64,000 nt of DNA from an uncultured delta proteobacterium (lineage in GTDB: Bacteria > Desulfobacterota > Binatia > Binatales > Binataceae): assembly GCA_963842085.1 (NCBI GenBank), contig CAWJET010000002.1, forward strand, positions 640,001 to 704,000, in the 5' to 3' direction. Positions within the stretch are counted from its first letter, which is position 1, and the number at the start of each line of letters is the position of its first letter. Positions 38,241 to 47,427 of the stretch are shown one piece after another. The translations under genes and the position numbers were made by a program. The notes below the pieces were generated by a model. It saw only the letters and a list, made by a program, of their open reading frames with translations. It did not search any database and was not told the DNA's origin.

Positions 38241-39867
38241 AGCAAAGCTCAAGGAACTGAAAACTGCCGAGCTGCGGCACGAGGTCGGCGCGCGAAGCGA
38301 GCTGGTCGTCAAGGTGAATCGGCGCTCGGAGCGCCGCGTCATCCCGTACGGCGAGGAATTTCTGTTCGAGAAACTGCCGGTCTGCACGCGCGTGATCTAT
38401 CCGCCGCCGCCGCTCGATCCTCTCGCCGACCCTGACCAGGCGATTCGCTACGCGCTGTTGCATCCGGAGAACCAGGATCCGTTGTTCGCGCAGCTCAGTC
38501 CCAACATGCGCGTAACGATCGCGATCGACGACATCAGCCTGCCGCTGCCGCAGATGCGCCGGCCCGATATCCGCGAGCGGCTGTTGAACCAGGTGTTGCA
38601 GACGCTCGCCGATTACGGGGTTGACGACGTTCACCTGGTGATCGCGACGTCGCTGCATCGGCGGATGACCGAGGCGGAGATTCGCCGCGTCGTGGGCGAG
38701 CGCGCGTTCAAGCAGTACTGGCCGGACCGGCTGTACAACTTTGACGCGGAAAATCGCGCCGAGCTTTCGATGCTCGGCAAGACGGAGAATGGCGAAGAAG
38801 TGTGGCTGTCGCGGCGCGCGGCGGAGTCGGACCTGCTCATCTATTTGAACATCAACCTGGTGCCGATGGACGGCGGGCACAAGTCGGTCGCGGTCGGACT
38901 CGCGCCCTACCAGAGCCTGCGGCATCACCACAACGTCTCGACGTTGCGCGATTCGCATTCGTACATGGACCCGACACGGTCGGCGTTGCATCGCTCGTCG
39001 GACCGGATGGGCAAGCTGATTCACCAGTCGCTCAACATTTTTCAAGTCGAAACGGCGGTGAATACGCGGATGTACGGCGGGATGCTCGACTTCCTGCACA
39101 AGAACGAGGACCGCTTCACCGACTGGGATCGCACGCGTCTGAAAGGCTTTCAGTGGACGATGCGCAACATGTCCAATGAGATGCGGCGCACCGTGCTGCA
39201 CAACTACGCGGCCCCGTACGGAATGATCGGCGTGTGGGCGGGCGATACCGAGGCGGTGCATCGCAACGCGCTTGCACGCGTGTTCCAGCAATACGCGGTG
39301 CCGGTGAAGGGCCAGGCGGACATTCTAATTGTCGGCGTGCCGTACATCTGTCCATACAACGTGAACTCGATCATGAATCCTGTGCTCGTGCAGTGCACCG
39401 GGCTGGGCTACCTGTTCAACATGTATCGGAACAAGCCGCTGGTGCGCGAAGGCGGCACGATGATCGTCTGTCATCCGCTGCGCGACGAATTTCATCCCGA
39501 GCATCATCCGAGTTACATCGAGTTTTTCCATCGATGCCTGGCGGAGACGACCGATGCGGTTGAGCTCGAGAAAACTTTCGAGCGCGAGTTCGCGCGCAAC
39601 CCGACGTACATTCATATGTACCGCTACGGCAACGCGTACCACGGCGTGCATCCGTTCTACATGTGGTACTGGGGTGAGCCGGCGCGGCAGCACGTCGGGC
39701 GCGTGATCGCGGCGGGATGCGAAGAGCCGGACGTCGCGGCGCGCCTTGGATGGGAAGCGGCGGACACGCTCGACGAGGCGATCGCGATGGCGACGTCGGA
39801 GCTGGGGCGCTCGGCCTCCATAACCTACCTGCACCTGCCGCCGCTGGTGATCGCGGATGTCGAGTAG
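38227..39867 (+). CDS. Lactate racemase (LarA/DUF2088)-domain protein (ElbC-like)
   Basis: AIR.AL..P...[33 protein letters not shown]; ATG at 38227 overlaps the HAD gene. Confidence 0.85.
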   Translation: MARPEAKLKELKTAELRHEVGARSELVVKVNRRSERRVIPYGEEFLFEKLPVCTRVIYPPPPLDPLADPDQAIRYALLHPENQDPLFAQLSPNMRVTIAIDDISLPLPQMRRPDIRERLLNQVLQTLADYGVDDVHLVIATSLHRRMTEAEIRRVVGERAFKQYWPDRLYNFDAENRAELSMLGKTENGEEVWLSRRAAESDLLIYLNINLVPMDGGHKSVAVGLAPYQSLRHHHNVSTLRDSHSYMDPTRSALHRSSDRMGKLIHQSLNIFQVETAVNTRMYGGMLDFLHKNEDRFTDWDRTRLKGFQWTMRNMSNEMRRTVLHNYAAPYGMIGVWAGDTEAVHRNALARVFQQYAVPVKGQADILIVGVPYICPYNVNSIMNPVLVQCTGLGYLFNMYRNKPLVREGGTMIVCHPLRDEFHPEHHPSYIEFFHRCLAETTDAVELEKTFEREFARNPTYIHMYRYGNAYHGVHPFYMWYWGEPARQHVGRVIAAGCEEPDVAARLGWEAADTLDEAIAMATSELGRSASITYLHLPPLVIADVE

Positions 39868-42800
39868 CAACGGCAAACGCAACGGGGCCGCGGCGCGCGG
39901 CGGGTCGTCGATGCCGGCGCTCGAACAGGTGCTGCGCGGGCGTCGTATCCTGTTGACGGGCGCGACCGGATTTCTCGGCAAGGTGTTTCTCGCGCTCCTG
40001 CTGCGATGGCATCCTGAGATCGAGCGCGTGTATCTGCTGATTCGCGGCGATCGGCGCAGCAGCGTCGGCCGCTTTCGCCGCGAGATTCTCGACTCGCCGG
40101 TGTTTGCGCCCCTGCGCGAACATCTCGGCGATAAGTTCGATCGCTACATCGATGAAAAAATCGTCGTCGTTCCCGGCGACATCACCAACGACGGCCTGCT
40201 CGGCGAAGAAGCAAAGCCGTTCAAGCCCGGCAGCCTCGACGCGGTCGTGCATAGCGCGGGGCTGGTGAACTTCGAGGCATCGCTGGAAAAGGCGATCGAG
40301 GTCAACACGACGGGCGTCGCCAACGTGATCGAGTTCTGCCGCAAGCTCGGCGCCGCGATGATGCACGTATCGACCTGCTACGTCGCGGGCAGCGCCGACG
40401 GGCATCGCTACGAAGACGACATCCCCGACGACTGGTGCCCCAACGGGCGCAAGTCGTTCAGGCTGGAGCGGGAGATTCGCGACGCGTTGGCGGCTATCCA
40501 GCGCGTGCAGTCCGAGTCGCGCGATCAGTTGCGTCACGCGGAGTTTCGCGGCGACGAGGACGACGCCGGTAGCTCTCGCGAGTCGGCCGTCGAGCACCGG
40601 CGCAAGCAGTGGGTCGAGGAACGCCTCAAGTACGTCGGCCGGGTACGCGCGCAGAGTTGGGGATGGCCCAACACGTACAGCTATACCAAGAGTCTCGGCG
40701 AACAGTTGATGCTCGCGAATCGCGACACGCTCGACGTCACGGTCGTGCGTCCGGCGGTGATCGAAAGCGCGCTGCGCGATCCGTTCCCCGGCTGGAACCA
40801 GGGCGTCAACACCAGCGCGCCCCTGACTTATCTCGCCGGCCGCGGCTACCGATTTTATCCCGCCAAGGCGGAGTTGGTGCTCGACGTGATCCCGGTCGAT
40901 CTCGCGGCGCACGCGATGATTCCGATCCTCGCCGCGCTGCTATCGCGCAAGCACAAGCCCATCTACCAGCTTTGCACATCGGATCGGAATCCGCTGCCGA
41001 TGCGCCGGCTGGTCGAGCTAACCGCGCTCAGCAATCGCCGCGAGCATCGCAAGGACGGCGGCACGATGCGCTGGCTGGGGCCCCATCTGGAAGCCGTCGT
41101 CGTGTCGCAGAGCACTTACGACCTCGCGAGCAGCACCGTTCCGAAAATACTCAAGCAAGCGGCGGCGTTCGCGCGGAGCGTGGTGGGCGACGAGAATCGG
41201 CGAGCGAAAAACATTGAGAGCGCGATTGACAAGTTCAAGGAAAACACCGACCTCGCGCGCGAGTTGGTCGAGGTCTATCGTCCCTACATCCAGGAGCTCG
41301 TTTATACTTTTCACGCGAGCAACATTCGCGCGCTTTACGCGTCGCTCGAGCCGGTTGACGCCGAGCGCCATCCGTTTCGTCCCGATCTGATCGATTGGCG
41401 CGACTACTGGATCAACATTCATCTGCCGGGCCTGCGCCGCCATATTTTTCCGCAGCTCGATCTCCACGCCCGCGGCAGGCCCAAGTCGCTGCCCCGTCAT
41501 CGCACTCTCGTCGATATGCTCGATCGCGCCGCCGACCGCTACGGTTCCCGACCCGCGATGGTTGCGCGGCGGCCGTCCGGCGAGCAGACGCTGACCACCT
41601 ATCGCGAGCTGCGCGACCGGGTGCATCGGGCAGCTCTCCTGCTCGCGACGCGCGGAATCAAGCCCGGCGATCGCGTGCTTCTGATCGGCGACAACTCGCC
41701 CGACTGGGTGCTCGGCTATTTCGCGATCCTGTGCGCAGGCGCGATCGCCGTGCCGCTGGACCAGCTGATTTCCGCCGAGGAGCTGGCGCCGATCTGCAAG
41801 ATCGCCGAGCCGGCCGCGGCGCTGCGGTCAAGCGCAGTTCATAAGCGCCTCGGCTCCGCGCTTGGCGACGCTCATCCCAAGCTCATCGAGCTCGATCTCG
41901 CCGAGCTCGCGCGGCCGTTCATTCTGCGTGGCGATGCGAAGACGCCGCCGGCGCCGCCGGAGCGAAAAGCGCTGGCGTCGATCCTGTTCACCTCCGGCAG
42001 CACCGGCGCGCCCAAGGGCGTGATGCTGACGCACGGCAACTTCGCCGCTGAAGTGGCGATGTTGTCGCGCGTCTTTGTTCTCGGCGCCGACGATGTGGTG
42101 CTGTCGCTGCTGCCATTGCATCATGCATTCGAGTTCACCTGCGGGATGCTGTTGCCGCTCGCCAGCGGCGCCACCATCGTCTATCCGCTAGAGGTCGATG
42201 CGAAGACGCTCTCGCGCACGCTCGCTGACGTGCGCCCGACCGCGCTGATAGGAGTGCCCGCGGTGTGGGAGGCGGTCCATCGGCGCATCGTCGATCAAGT
42301 CGAGGCGCGCGGTCCCTTCTTTCACGCGGCCTTCGACAATCTGCGCGATCTGAATCGCCGTCTGGACGCGAAATCCGGCCTTAACTTCGGCGCTATAGTT
42401 TTCCGCCAGGTTCATTCCGGCTTGGGTGGACGCCTGCGGCTCGCCGTGAGCGGCGGTTCTGCCCTGCCCCATCGCGTCGCGGAGTTTTTCAATGACATCG
42501 GAATTCCGTTGCTCGAAGGTTACGGGTTGACCGAAGCGGCTCCCGTTTTATCCGTTGCGCGGCCTGACGAACCGCTGCAAGTCGGCGCGGTGGGACGGCC
42601 GCTGAACGGCGTCGAGCTCAAGCTGATGCCCGCAACTGGCTCGATCGGCGAGATAGTCGCGCACGGGCCGAACGTGATGGCAGGTTACTATCGCAACGAA
42701 GCCGCAACCGCCGAAGTGTTGATCGACGGGTGGCTTCACACGGGAGACCTCGGGCGCCTCGACGACGACGGCCGCCTGTACATCGTCGGGCGCGCCAAGG

Positions 42801-44236
42801 AAGTTATCGTCGATTCCGGCGGCAACAACATCTACATCGAAGAGCTCGAGGAAATTTACGGCCGTTCGCAGTACGTCAAGGAGATGGCGGTGGTCGGCTT
42901 GAAGGTCGGCCAGGGCGAGCAGGTCGCTGCGCTCGTGGTGCCCGCTTACTCGCGCGGCGAGAGCCGTCGCGCCGTTGAGGACCGGCTGCGCAGCGACTTC
43001 GACCAGGTCGCGCGCGACCTCAGCGCGCACAAACGAATCAGGATCCTGCGCTTCACCGACGCAGAACTGCCGCGCACGCGCACCCGCAAGATCAAACGCG
43101 CCGATGTTGCCGCAATGCTGCGGCGGATGCTCGACGTCAGCGCGCGCGAAGTCGTCGTTGATACCGCGAACCCCGAGGTCGAGACGTGGCTCGCAGAGGC
43201 GCTCGCGTCGGTCGCCACCGAGCCGGTCAACATCACGCCGGCGACGCGGCTGATCGAGGATCTCGGCCTCGACTCGCTGGCACTGGCTGAAATCGGCGAG
43301 CTGATCGGCGAACGTGCGTCCCGCGAGATCGCGCCGGAGGAGATCGCCGACTTGCGCACCGTCGCGGACCTCCAGCTTCTCGCCGCGCAACCCCTCAGCG
43401 TCAGCGGGCGGCATCGAATGCCCTCCTACGCGAAGTTCGCCGAACCTTACACTCCGCGCCTGCCGGCGCCGCTGAAGTGGCTCGGTCGCTTCGCGGTGCG
43501 CGGGGCGGAGCGCGCGATTTTCGACGGATGGCTGAAGCCGAAGATCCTCGGGCGCGGCAACGTCCCGGCCAATCGCAACTTCATCGTCGTCGCGAATCAT
43601 TCCAGTCATCTCGACTTCAGCCTGGTCGGCTACGCGCTCGGCGCGATCGGCGAAGACCTCCGCGTGCTCGCCGCCAAGGACTATTTTTTCAACACGCCGG
43701 CGCGGCGCTTTCTCGCGTCGAACTTCACTTCGCTGATGCCATTCGATCGGGAACGAGCGCAACTCGAATCGCTCGAAGACGCGCTCGCCGAATTAGCGCG
43801 GGGACGCAGTGTTTTGATGTTCCCCGAGGGCACGCGCTCGCCCGACGGCGAAATTCACGAGTTCAAGAGCGGCGCCGGATACCTGGCGCTGCGCAGCCGA
43901 TGCGACGTGCTGCCGGTCCTGATTCGCGGCACTCATGACGTGATGGGCAAGGGCAGCCTCGTCCCGCGGCGGCATCCGGTGGAAGTCCGTATAGGCCGCG
44001 CGATCGCTGCGGCCCGGCTGCACGAAGTGGCCGAAAGTTCAGAAGGCGCCGGCGCCTATCGCAAGATCGCAGACCTGATGCGCACGGCGGTCATCACGCT
44101 TTCCGGCTCGCCCCCGAAGTTACCGCTCACCTTCGACGCGACAACCGCGGCCTCAAACGGCGCCGCGCCGGTCAAGCACGCACACTCAGGGACCGCTCGC
44201 TCGCCCGACCTGCCTCGCGGCCACGCCAAGGCGTGA
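39857..44236 (+). CDS. Multidomain lipid synthase: fatty acyl reductase + acyl-CoA/AMP ligase + ACP + PlsC acyltransferase (ElbD-like)
   Basis: TGATGFLGK and NTYSYTKSLGE (FAR), FTSGSTGAPKG / EGYGLTE / TGDLG (adenylation), LGLDSL (PP-binding Ser), NHSSHLD and FPEGTRS (acyltransferase); 1459 aa. Confidence 0.92.
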   Translation: MSSSNGKRNGAAARGGSSMPALEQVLRGRRILLTGATGFLGKVFLALLLRWHPEIERVYLLIRGDRRSSVGRFRREILDSPVFAPLREHLGDKFDRYIDEKIVVVPGDITNDGLLGEEAKPFKPGSLDAVVHSAGLVNFEASLEKAIEVNTTGVANVIEFCRKLGAAMMHVSTCYVAGSADGHRYEDDIPDDWCPNGRKSFRLEREIRDALAAIQRVQSESRDQLRHAEFRGDEDDAGSSRESAVEHRRKQWVEERLKYVGRVRAQSWGWPNTYSYTKSLGEQLMLANRDTLDVTVVRPAVIESALRDPFPGWNQGVNTSAPLTYLAGRGYRFYPAKAELVLDVIPVDLAAHAMIPILAALLSRKHKPIYQLCTSDRNPLPMRRLVELTALSNRREHRKDGGTMRWLGPHLEAVVVSQSTYDLASSTVPKILKQAAAFARSVVGDENRRAKNIESAIDKFKENTDLARELVEVYRPYIQELVYTFHASNIRALYASLEPVDAERHPFRPDLIDWRDYWINIHLPGLRRHIFPQLDLHARGRPKSLPRHRTLVDMLDRAADRYGSRPAMVARRPSGEQTLTTYRELRDRVHRAALLLATRGIKPGDRVLLIGDNSPDWVLGYFAILCAGAIAVPLDQLISAEELAPICKIAEPAAALRSSAVHKRLGSALGDAHPKLIELDLAELARPFILRGDAKTPPAPPERKALASILFTSGSTGAPKGVMLTHGNFAAEVAMLSRVFVLGADDVVLSLLPLHHAFEFTCGMLLPLASGATIVYPLEVDAKTLSRTLADVRPTALIGVPAVWEAVHRRIVDQVEARGPFFHAAFDNLRDLNRRLDAKSGLNFGAIVFRQVHSGLGGRLRLAVSGGSALPHRVAEFFNDIGIPLLEGYGLTEAAPVLSVARPDEPLQVGAVGRPLNGVELKLMPATGSIGEIVAHGPNVMAGYYRNEAATAEVLIDGWLHTGDLGRLDDDGRLYIVGRAKEVIVDSGGNNIYIEELEEIYGRSQYVKEMAVVGLKVGQGEQVAALVVPAYSRGESRRAVEDRLRSDFDQVARDLSAHKRIRILRFTDAELPRTRTRKIKRADVAAMLRRMLDVSAREVVVDTANPEVETWLAEALASVATEPVNITPATRLIEDLGLDSLALAEIGELIGERASREIAPEEIADLRTVADLQLLAAQPLSVSGRHRMPSYAKFAEPYTPRLPAPLKWLGRFAVRGAERAIFDGWLKPKILGRGNVPANRNFIVVANHSSHLDFSLVGYALGAIGEDLRVLAAKDYFFNTPARRFLASNFTSLMPFDRERAQLESLEDALAELARGRSVLMFPEGTRSPDGEIHEFKSGAGYLALRSRCDVLPVLIRGTHDVMGKGSLVPRRHPVEVRIGRAIAAARLHEVAESSEGAGAYRKIADLMRTAVITLSGSPPKLPLTFDATTAASNGAAPVKHAHSGTARSPDLPRGHAKA

Positions 44237-44319
44237 TGCCAGCTTACGCCAACGCCGCTGCATCTCCCGCGTCAAGCTGATGCTGGAATACTTACCCGCC
44301 GGATGGTTACATTTGAGTC

Positions 44320-44856
44320 ATGGTTGATTGGTTCAGCAAACGCCCCGACCACACCCTGCGGCCGACTCGCAACGGCCGCCGCCCGTCGGTCAGCGTGATC
44401 TCAGACGAACTGCTGGTCGGCGAATATCCGAATGAGGCCGATATCGCGTGGCTGAAGGACACCTACGGCATCACCGCGGTGCACAATCTCCAGGACGACG
44501 ACGATCTGCGCATGAACGGGTTGGACGATCGCGGCCTCTGCGCGGAGTACACGGCCCACGGCATCGATTACGTGCGGACGCCGATCCAGGACGGCAGCGC
44601 GGACGCGATGGCCGCGCGGCTCGAAGCCGCACTGCATGACCTTCGCGACCTGGTCGGTTCGGGCGCCCGCGTCTATCTTCATTGCAACGCCGGGATGAAT
44701 CGGGCGCCCACGCTGGCGATTGCGTTCCTGCGTGCTTATCGGCAAATGTCACTCGAAGAAGCGATGATGCTCGTGAAAAAGCAGCGCGCATGCGGACCGT
44801 TCATGACGGTGCTCGAGGAGTACTTCGGGCCGCGCGACCACAAGCCGGAAAAATGA
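44320..44856 (+). CDS. Dual-specificity (CX5R) phosphatase
   Basis: GITAVHNLQ, PIQD, VYLHCNAGMNRAPT. Confidence 0.9.
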   Translation: MVDWFSKRPDHTLRPTRNGRRPSVSVISDELLVGEYPNEADIAWLKDTYGITAVHNLQDDDDLRMNGLDDRGLCAEYTAHGIDYVRTPIQDGSADAMAARLEAALHDLRDLVGSGARVYLHCNAGMNRAPTLAIAFLRAYRQMSLEEAMMLVKKQRACGPFMTVLEEYFGPRDHKPEK

Positions 44857-44857
44857 C

Positions 44858-45634
44858 TTGACCTCGTCAGGCGCAGCCGGAAGTCTACCGCGGGCGGTGC
44901 CGAGGCAGAAGTTTCTCACGGCCTGCGCGTGGGGCGTACATCTATATACCGCGCTCGGCGCGGCGCTCGGCCTGCTCGCGATCTTCTTCGCCTCGCGCGG
45001 CGACTTCCGCGCGTCATTCCTCGCGATGGGCGCGGCGACCATCATCGATTCCAGCGACGGTCCGCTCGCGCGCCGGCTGATGGTCAAGACCCGCGTGCCC
45101 AGCTTCGACGGCGCGCTGCTCGACAACATTGTCGACTACCTGACCTACACCGTGGCGCCCGTGTTCCTGATGCTGGAAGCGGGCCTAATCCCGGATTCGC
45201 GATGGGGCCTGGCGCTGGCGTGTTTCGTCATGCTCGCGAGCGTTTACGGATTCTGCCACACCGAAGCCAAAACCCCGGACCACTACTTCCTCGGATTCCC
45301 GAACTATTGGAACCTCGTCGCGTTTTATCTTTACTGTCTCGGCGCCGGCACCGTATTCAACGTTGCCGTACTGATGCTGCTGGGCGTGATGGTGTTCTTG
45401 CCGCTCAAATACATTTATCCAAATCGAACCGTCTCGCTCCGCCGGACCACGCTCACGCTTGGAATCATTTGGGGGTTTGTGACAGTCGCCTCGCTGTTGA
45501 TGCTGCCGACCGTGAATCCGATTATGTTGTGGGCCGGGCTCAGTTTCATCGCTTACTACTTCATTGCGTCGTTCGTGCTCCAGGCTCGCGCCGCGCTGAA
45601 GTCCAATCGCAGCCGTGCCGACCGGGATGCCTGA
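44858..45634 (+). CDS. pcs: Phosphatidylcholine synthase-like CDP-alcohol phosphatidyltransferase
   Basis: AWGVHLYTALG; DGPLARRLMVKTRVPSFDGALLDNIVD fits the Pcs motif DG(X)2AR(X)8P(X)3G(X)3D(X)3D; KT.DHYFLGFP.YWN; about 8 TM helices. Confidence 0.82.
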   Translation: MTSSGAAGSLPRAVPRQKFLTACAWGVHLYTALGAALGLLAIFFASRGDFRASFLAMGAATIIDSSDGPLARRLMVKTRVPSFDGALLDNIVDYLTYTVAPVFLMLEAGLIPDSRWGLALACFVMLASVYGFCHTEAKTPDHYFLGFPNYWNLVAFYLYCLGAGTVFNVAVLMLLGVMVFLPLKYIYPNRTVSLRRTTLTLGIIWGFVTVASLLMLPTVNPIMLWAGLSFIAYYFIASFVLQARAALKSNRSRADRDA

Positions 45635-47417
45635 ATCCGCGTCGCATACCGCAACCGCCGCCTCCGAGTCATGGCTCGAGGTGATCGATTCCGATTCTCC
45701 CCTGCTCCTGATAGCGCCGCACGGCGGACGCGCTGAACCACGCACGCGCTCGATCCTCAATCCCAAGGTCAACGACCTCCACACGGCAGACATCACGCGC
45801 GGACTTGCGGCGCGGCTGGACGCGTCGGCGCTGATCAACGTCGCGATGGATCGCAATCGGCTCGACTGCAACCGTCTCTCCCAAATAATCGAGCGCGCGC
45901 CGTGGCTGCTCGAACTGATCGCAGAGCGCGTCGGCGCGATCGTCGCGCGTCACGGCCGCGTCACGGTGCTGCTCATCCACGGATGGAACATCATCGAGCC
46001 GCGCCTCGATTTCGGACTCGGACTGCGGCACTCGGGAGGCGAATTGCGGCCGCCCGGTTCCGCCTGCGTCTCGGCCAGCGACGATTTCATCAACGGTCCG
46101 CTCGCCGGACTCGCCGACCGCCTCAATCGGCATGGAATCAAACCAACCTACGGCATGCGTTACCCCGGCGGCGGTCTCCAGAACCTGTTGCAGGCATTCA
46201 CCGCGCGGCATCGGCACAGCCCCCACGCGCCGCTCAGATCGATTTCCGAGACCGCCATGAACGGTGTCGTCGATGCGGCCCAACTCGAACTGTCAGTTGC
46301 GCTGCGAATGCCCGGCGAGTTGCGCAATCGATGCGAGAACGCCATCGCCGAAGTATTCTCGGCCAACGGCGCTGATTCGCCCGCCGCGCGGGCGCCCCTG
46401 GTTGTGAATCGCGCGCCGCATCGCGCGGTCGCCAAATCCGAAATCGGCGCGGCCGCGACGGTCGCCGCGCCCGGACGCATCGGGATCGAATTTTACGATC
46501 CGGCGGCGCGATTCGGCGCGATGGCGAGCTTCGACGTCGGCGGTGCGGGCATGGGCGCGCGGATCATGATGCTGTTCGATCGCAATCACGCGGCGCTGTT
46601 TACCGCCGAAGGACGGCCCACACGTTCCGCAAGCGCCGTCACACACGGCTCGCTCTCGCTCCGGCGCGAGGGCAAATCGATCGTGCTCGCGTTCCGCGGA
46701 CCTGTTGTCATCGTACCCGACGCCACCGCCTATCTAAGCATCGAACGCGCTCTGGCTTCAGGCCGGCTCGACGGCGACACGGAAGTTAGTGTCAGTCTTG
46801 AAATTGATCGCGCCGGCAGTGAATTCGACTTCGACCGGATTCTTTCGCTGCCCGGCGCCGCGCTGGGGGTTCCGTCCTCGACCGCTGCATTCGGACGAAT
46901 TGGGGGACAAGTTCGCGTTGACGGTGCCGCACGGACGGTGAACGGACTTGCGCGCGCGGGAATGTCCTTCACCGGACTGGGGCCGCAGAAATTCACTGCG
47001 CGCCGGATGATTTGGGCGTGCTTCGAAGATCAAGAGGCGCCGCGCGCGCTGGAAGCCCGCTCGGTCGCGACCGACGATGCGCCGCCAAGTCGGAGTGCCA
47101 GGATTCTCGGCGCCGGCGGCTGGTCACCGTGCGAGCTGAGCGATCTAACGATCGAGACGTCGTCAATCGAGAAACCACCGCATCGCATTTCTGGATCGGT
47201 GACGCGTCCCGACGGGTCGTTATGCGAATTCGAGGGCAGCGTCGAATGCTTCATTCCGTTATCGCGTCCCAGGCCGGAGCAGTCGCGCATCTACACGTCA
47301 CTCGGATTCGCGAGCTTTCGCACGGGGAGTCATCGCGGGGCCGGGATGTTTGAATACTCGCGCATCGCCGATTCGGTGCCGGCCGCGGCTGATGACAACG
47401 ACGACGATTCCGATTGA
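45627..47417 (+). CDS. Hypothetical two-domain protein: N-terminal Zn-amidohydrolase-like (APHGG) + C-terminal beta-rich domain
   Basis: LLLIAPHGG...NDLHT...LLIHG...QLEL; C-terminus SLGFASFR.G..RGAGMFEYS; start overlaps the pcs stop. Confidence 0.75.
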   Translation: MPESASHTATAASESWLEVIDSDSPLLLIAPHGGRAEPRTRSILNPKVNDLHTADITRGLAARLDASALINVAMDRNRLDCNRLSQIIERAPWLLELIAERVGAIVARHGRVTVLLIHGWNIIEPRLDFGLGLRHSGGELRPPGSACVSASDDFINGPLAGLADRLNRHGIKPTYGMRYPGGGLQNLLQAFTARHRHSPHAPLRSISETAMNGVVDAAQLELSVALRMPGELRNRCENAIAEVFSANGADSPAARAPLVVNRAPHRAVAKSEIGAAATVAAPGRIGIEFYDPAARFGAMASFDVGGAGMGARIMMLFDRNHAALFTAEGRPTRSASAVTHGSLSLRREGKSIVLAFRGPVVIVPDATAYLSIERALASGRLDGDTEVSVSLEIDRAGSEFDFDRILSLPGAALGVPSSTAAFGRIGGQVRVDGAARTVNGLARAGMSFTGLGPQKFTARRMIWACFEDQEAPRALEARSVATDDAPPSRSARILGAGGWSPCELSDLTIETSSIEKPPHRISGSVTRPDGSLCEFEGSVECFIPLSRPRPEQSRIYTSLGFASFRTGSHRGAGMFEYSRIADSVPAAADDNDDDSD

Positions 47418-47427
47418 TTGAAGCGCG

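Noticed and set aside
39857-44236. NRPS or carboxylic acid reductase
   Set aside because: There is no condensation domain, the reductase is N-terminal and FAR-type, and a PlsC acyltransferase ends the protein, which indicates lipid synthesis.
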